A stretch of DNA of 64,000 bases from Paraphysomonas bandaiensis (Eukaryota; Protista; Chrysophyceae): contig CBFFRP010000036.1 in assembly GCA_965644295.1 (NCBI GenBank), positions 1-64,000 on the forward strand, given 5' to 3'. The notes beneath the pieces are model-generated. The model was not told the origin of the DNA, did no database searches, and saw only the letters and a program-made list of their open reading frames with translations. How positions within the stretch are numbered: position 1 is the first letter of the stretch; the number at the start of each line of letters is the position of its first letter. Shown here piece by piece: positions 63,029-64,000 of the stretch. A program made the position numbers and the translations under genes.

Positions 63029-63298
63029 GTCTGAGTGGAGATATACACACAGCAGTAGTACATGATATACAGAGATTATGTATTCCGATGTATTCCTATG
63101 GCATTATGTGTATATGTATCATATGCAGCAGTACAAGATATACACATAATGTGTGCACAGACCAGACCAGCATACATACATACATATAGCTACATGTCAT
63201 TCATCTCCATACCACACTCATATCACACCTATACACATATCAATACATCTAACATCTTATATCTCGTGTATATATATTCACATACTTCAATTCACTTC

Positions 63299-64000
63299 AT
63301 GTCATTATTACTTCAACCACACGAAGTTCCCCTCGTATATTATGATCTCAATACCCCTCAAACACTTGATGATACTTTCCTGTACGTACATACCGTTAAT
63401 CATTAGAATAACCTTCTAATCTCACTCACTATATATACATACATTCATAGGGCACTACAGCATTTATCAGATACATTCGATAATGTATTTCATAAGATTG
63501 AAATGCGTCTTCTAGATGAACAGAATCGTGTGAAGGATATCAATCAACGTGTTCATCATTGTCATATGAAAATACAACAAGTCAAAGGATCAAATAAAGC
63601 CACAACCGTCTTCTCAACTGCAAAGTTTCCTGCATCGAAACAATTGCCAAAGATGCCTACATTATTCAGTATACAAGAAGATGTATGTACACTCTAGTCC
63701 ATTATATATACCCATAGATAACCCTCTGTATAGATACGCAGTCCATATCCAGAGCCACATGATGATGTCCACTACACACCACCTCATTCTATAGCATCTG
63801 CTGTAGGAAACAAAGAGTTAATAGACACTATACAGCATATGTATGGACAAATGAATTCATATGGAACTGATATGGTAAGATCTGAGTTTATTATGGAAGA
63901 TCAAGGGCTTGGATCAATCCCTTGTAAAGTCCCATCAACTGGATCAATCTTACTGTTTAATTCGAATATTAATCCGTATAAGAATTATCAAGCACTTGAT
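63299..64000 (+). CDS. WASH1: WASH complex subunit 1 (WAHD domain), 5' part; runs off the window
   Basis: HEVPLVYYDL, KIQQVKGSNKATTVFSTAKFP, QGLGSIP..GSILLFNSNINPYKNYQALD. Confidence 0.88.

Overview
Eukaryotic (protist-like) genomic DNA with compact genes and short (~45-150 nt) GT-AG introns; a flagellated stramenopile-type host is my inference only. Host genes: a SOS1/NHX7-like Na+/H+ antiporter, two EF-hand proteins, a METTL21-type methyltransferase, Kae1/OSGEP, an MFS transporter, a ~13 kb BEACH-WD40 gene, a RING-DTC Deltex, a PLP aminotransferase, a multicopper-oxidase homologue, EMC7, a small Zn-ribbon protein and the 5' part of WASH1. Many are arranged head-to-head. Mobile DNA: 1-6193 holds two nested Ty3/gypsy elements, 13.1-15.4 kb a MULE remnant and an ankyrin array, and 28.4-36.5 kb a TE island (copia, Harbinger fold-back, probable DIRS relic). 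A non-autonomous TIR family occurs five times. The best candidate for a new system is the gypsy lineage. Its RT has IFDN in place of YxDD, its integrase ends in a chromo-like domain plus an extra domain, and one 3' LTR carries an antisense SET-domain (lysine methyltransferase) cassette. Also notable: a ~2.5 kb Harbinger-derived hairpin, a membrane-anchored two-domain MCO lacking most copper ligands, an antiporter with an altered ion-binding motif, and a recurrent CTGCTGT(A) motif upstream of genes. No searches were run; family calls come from motif recognition by eye.
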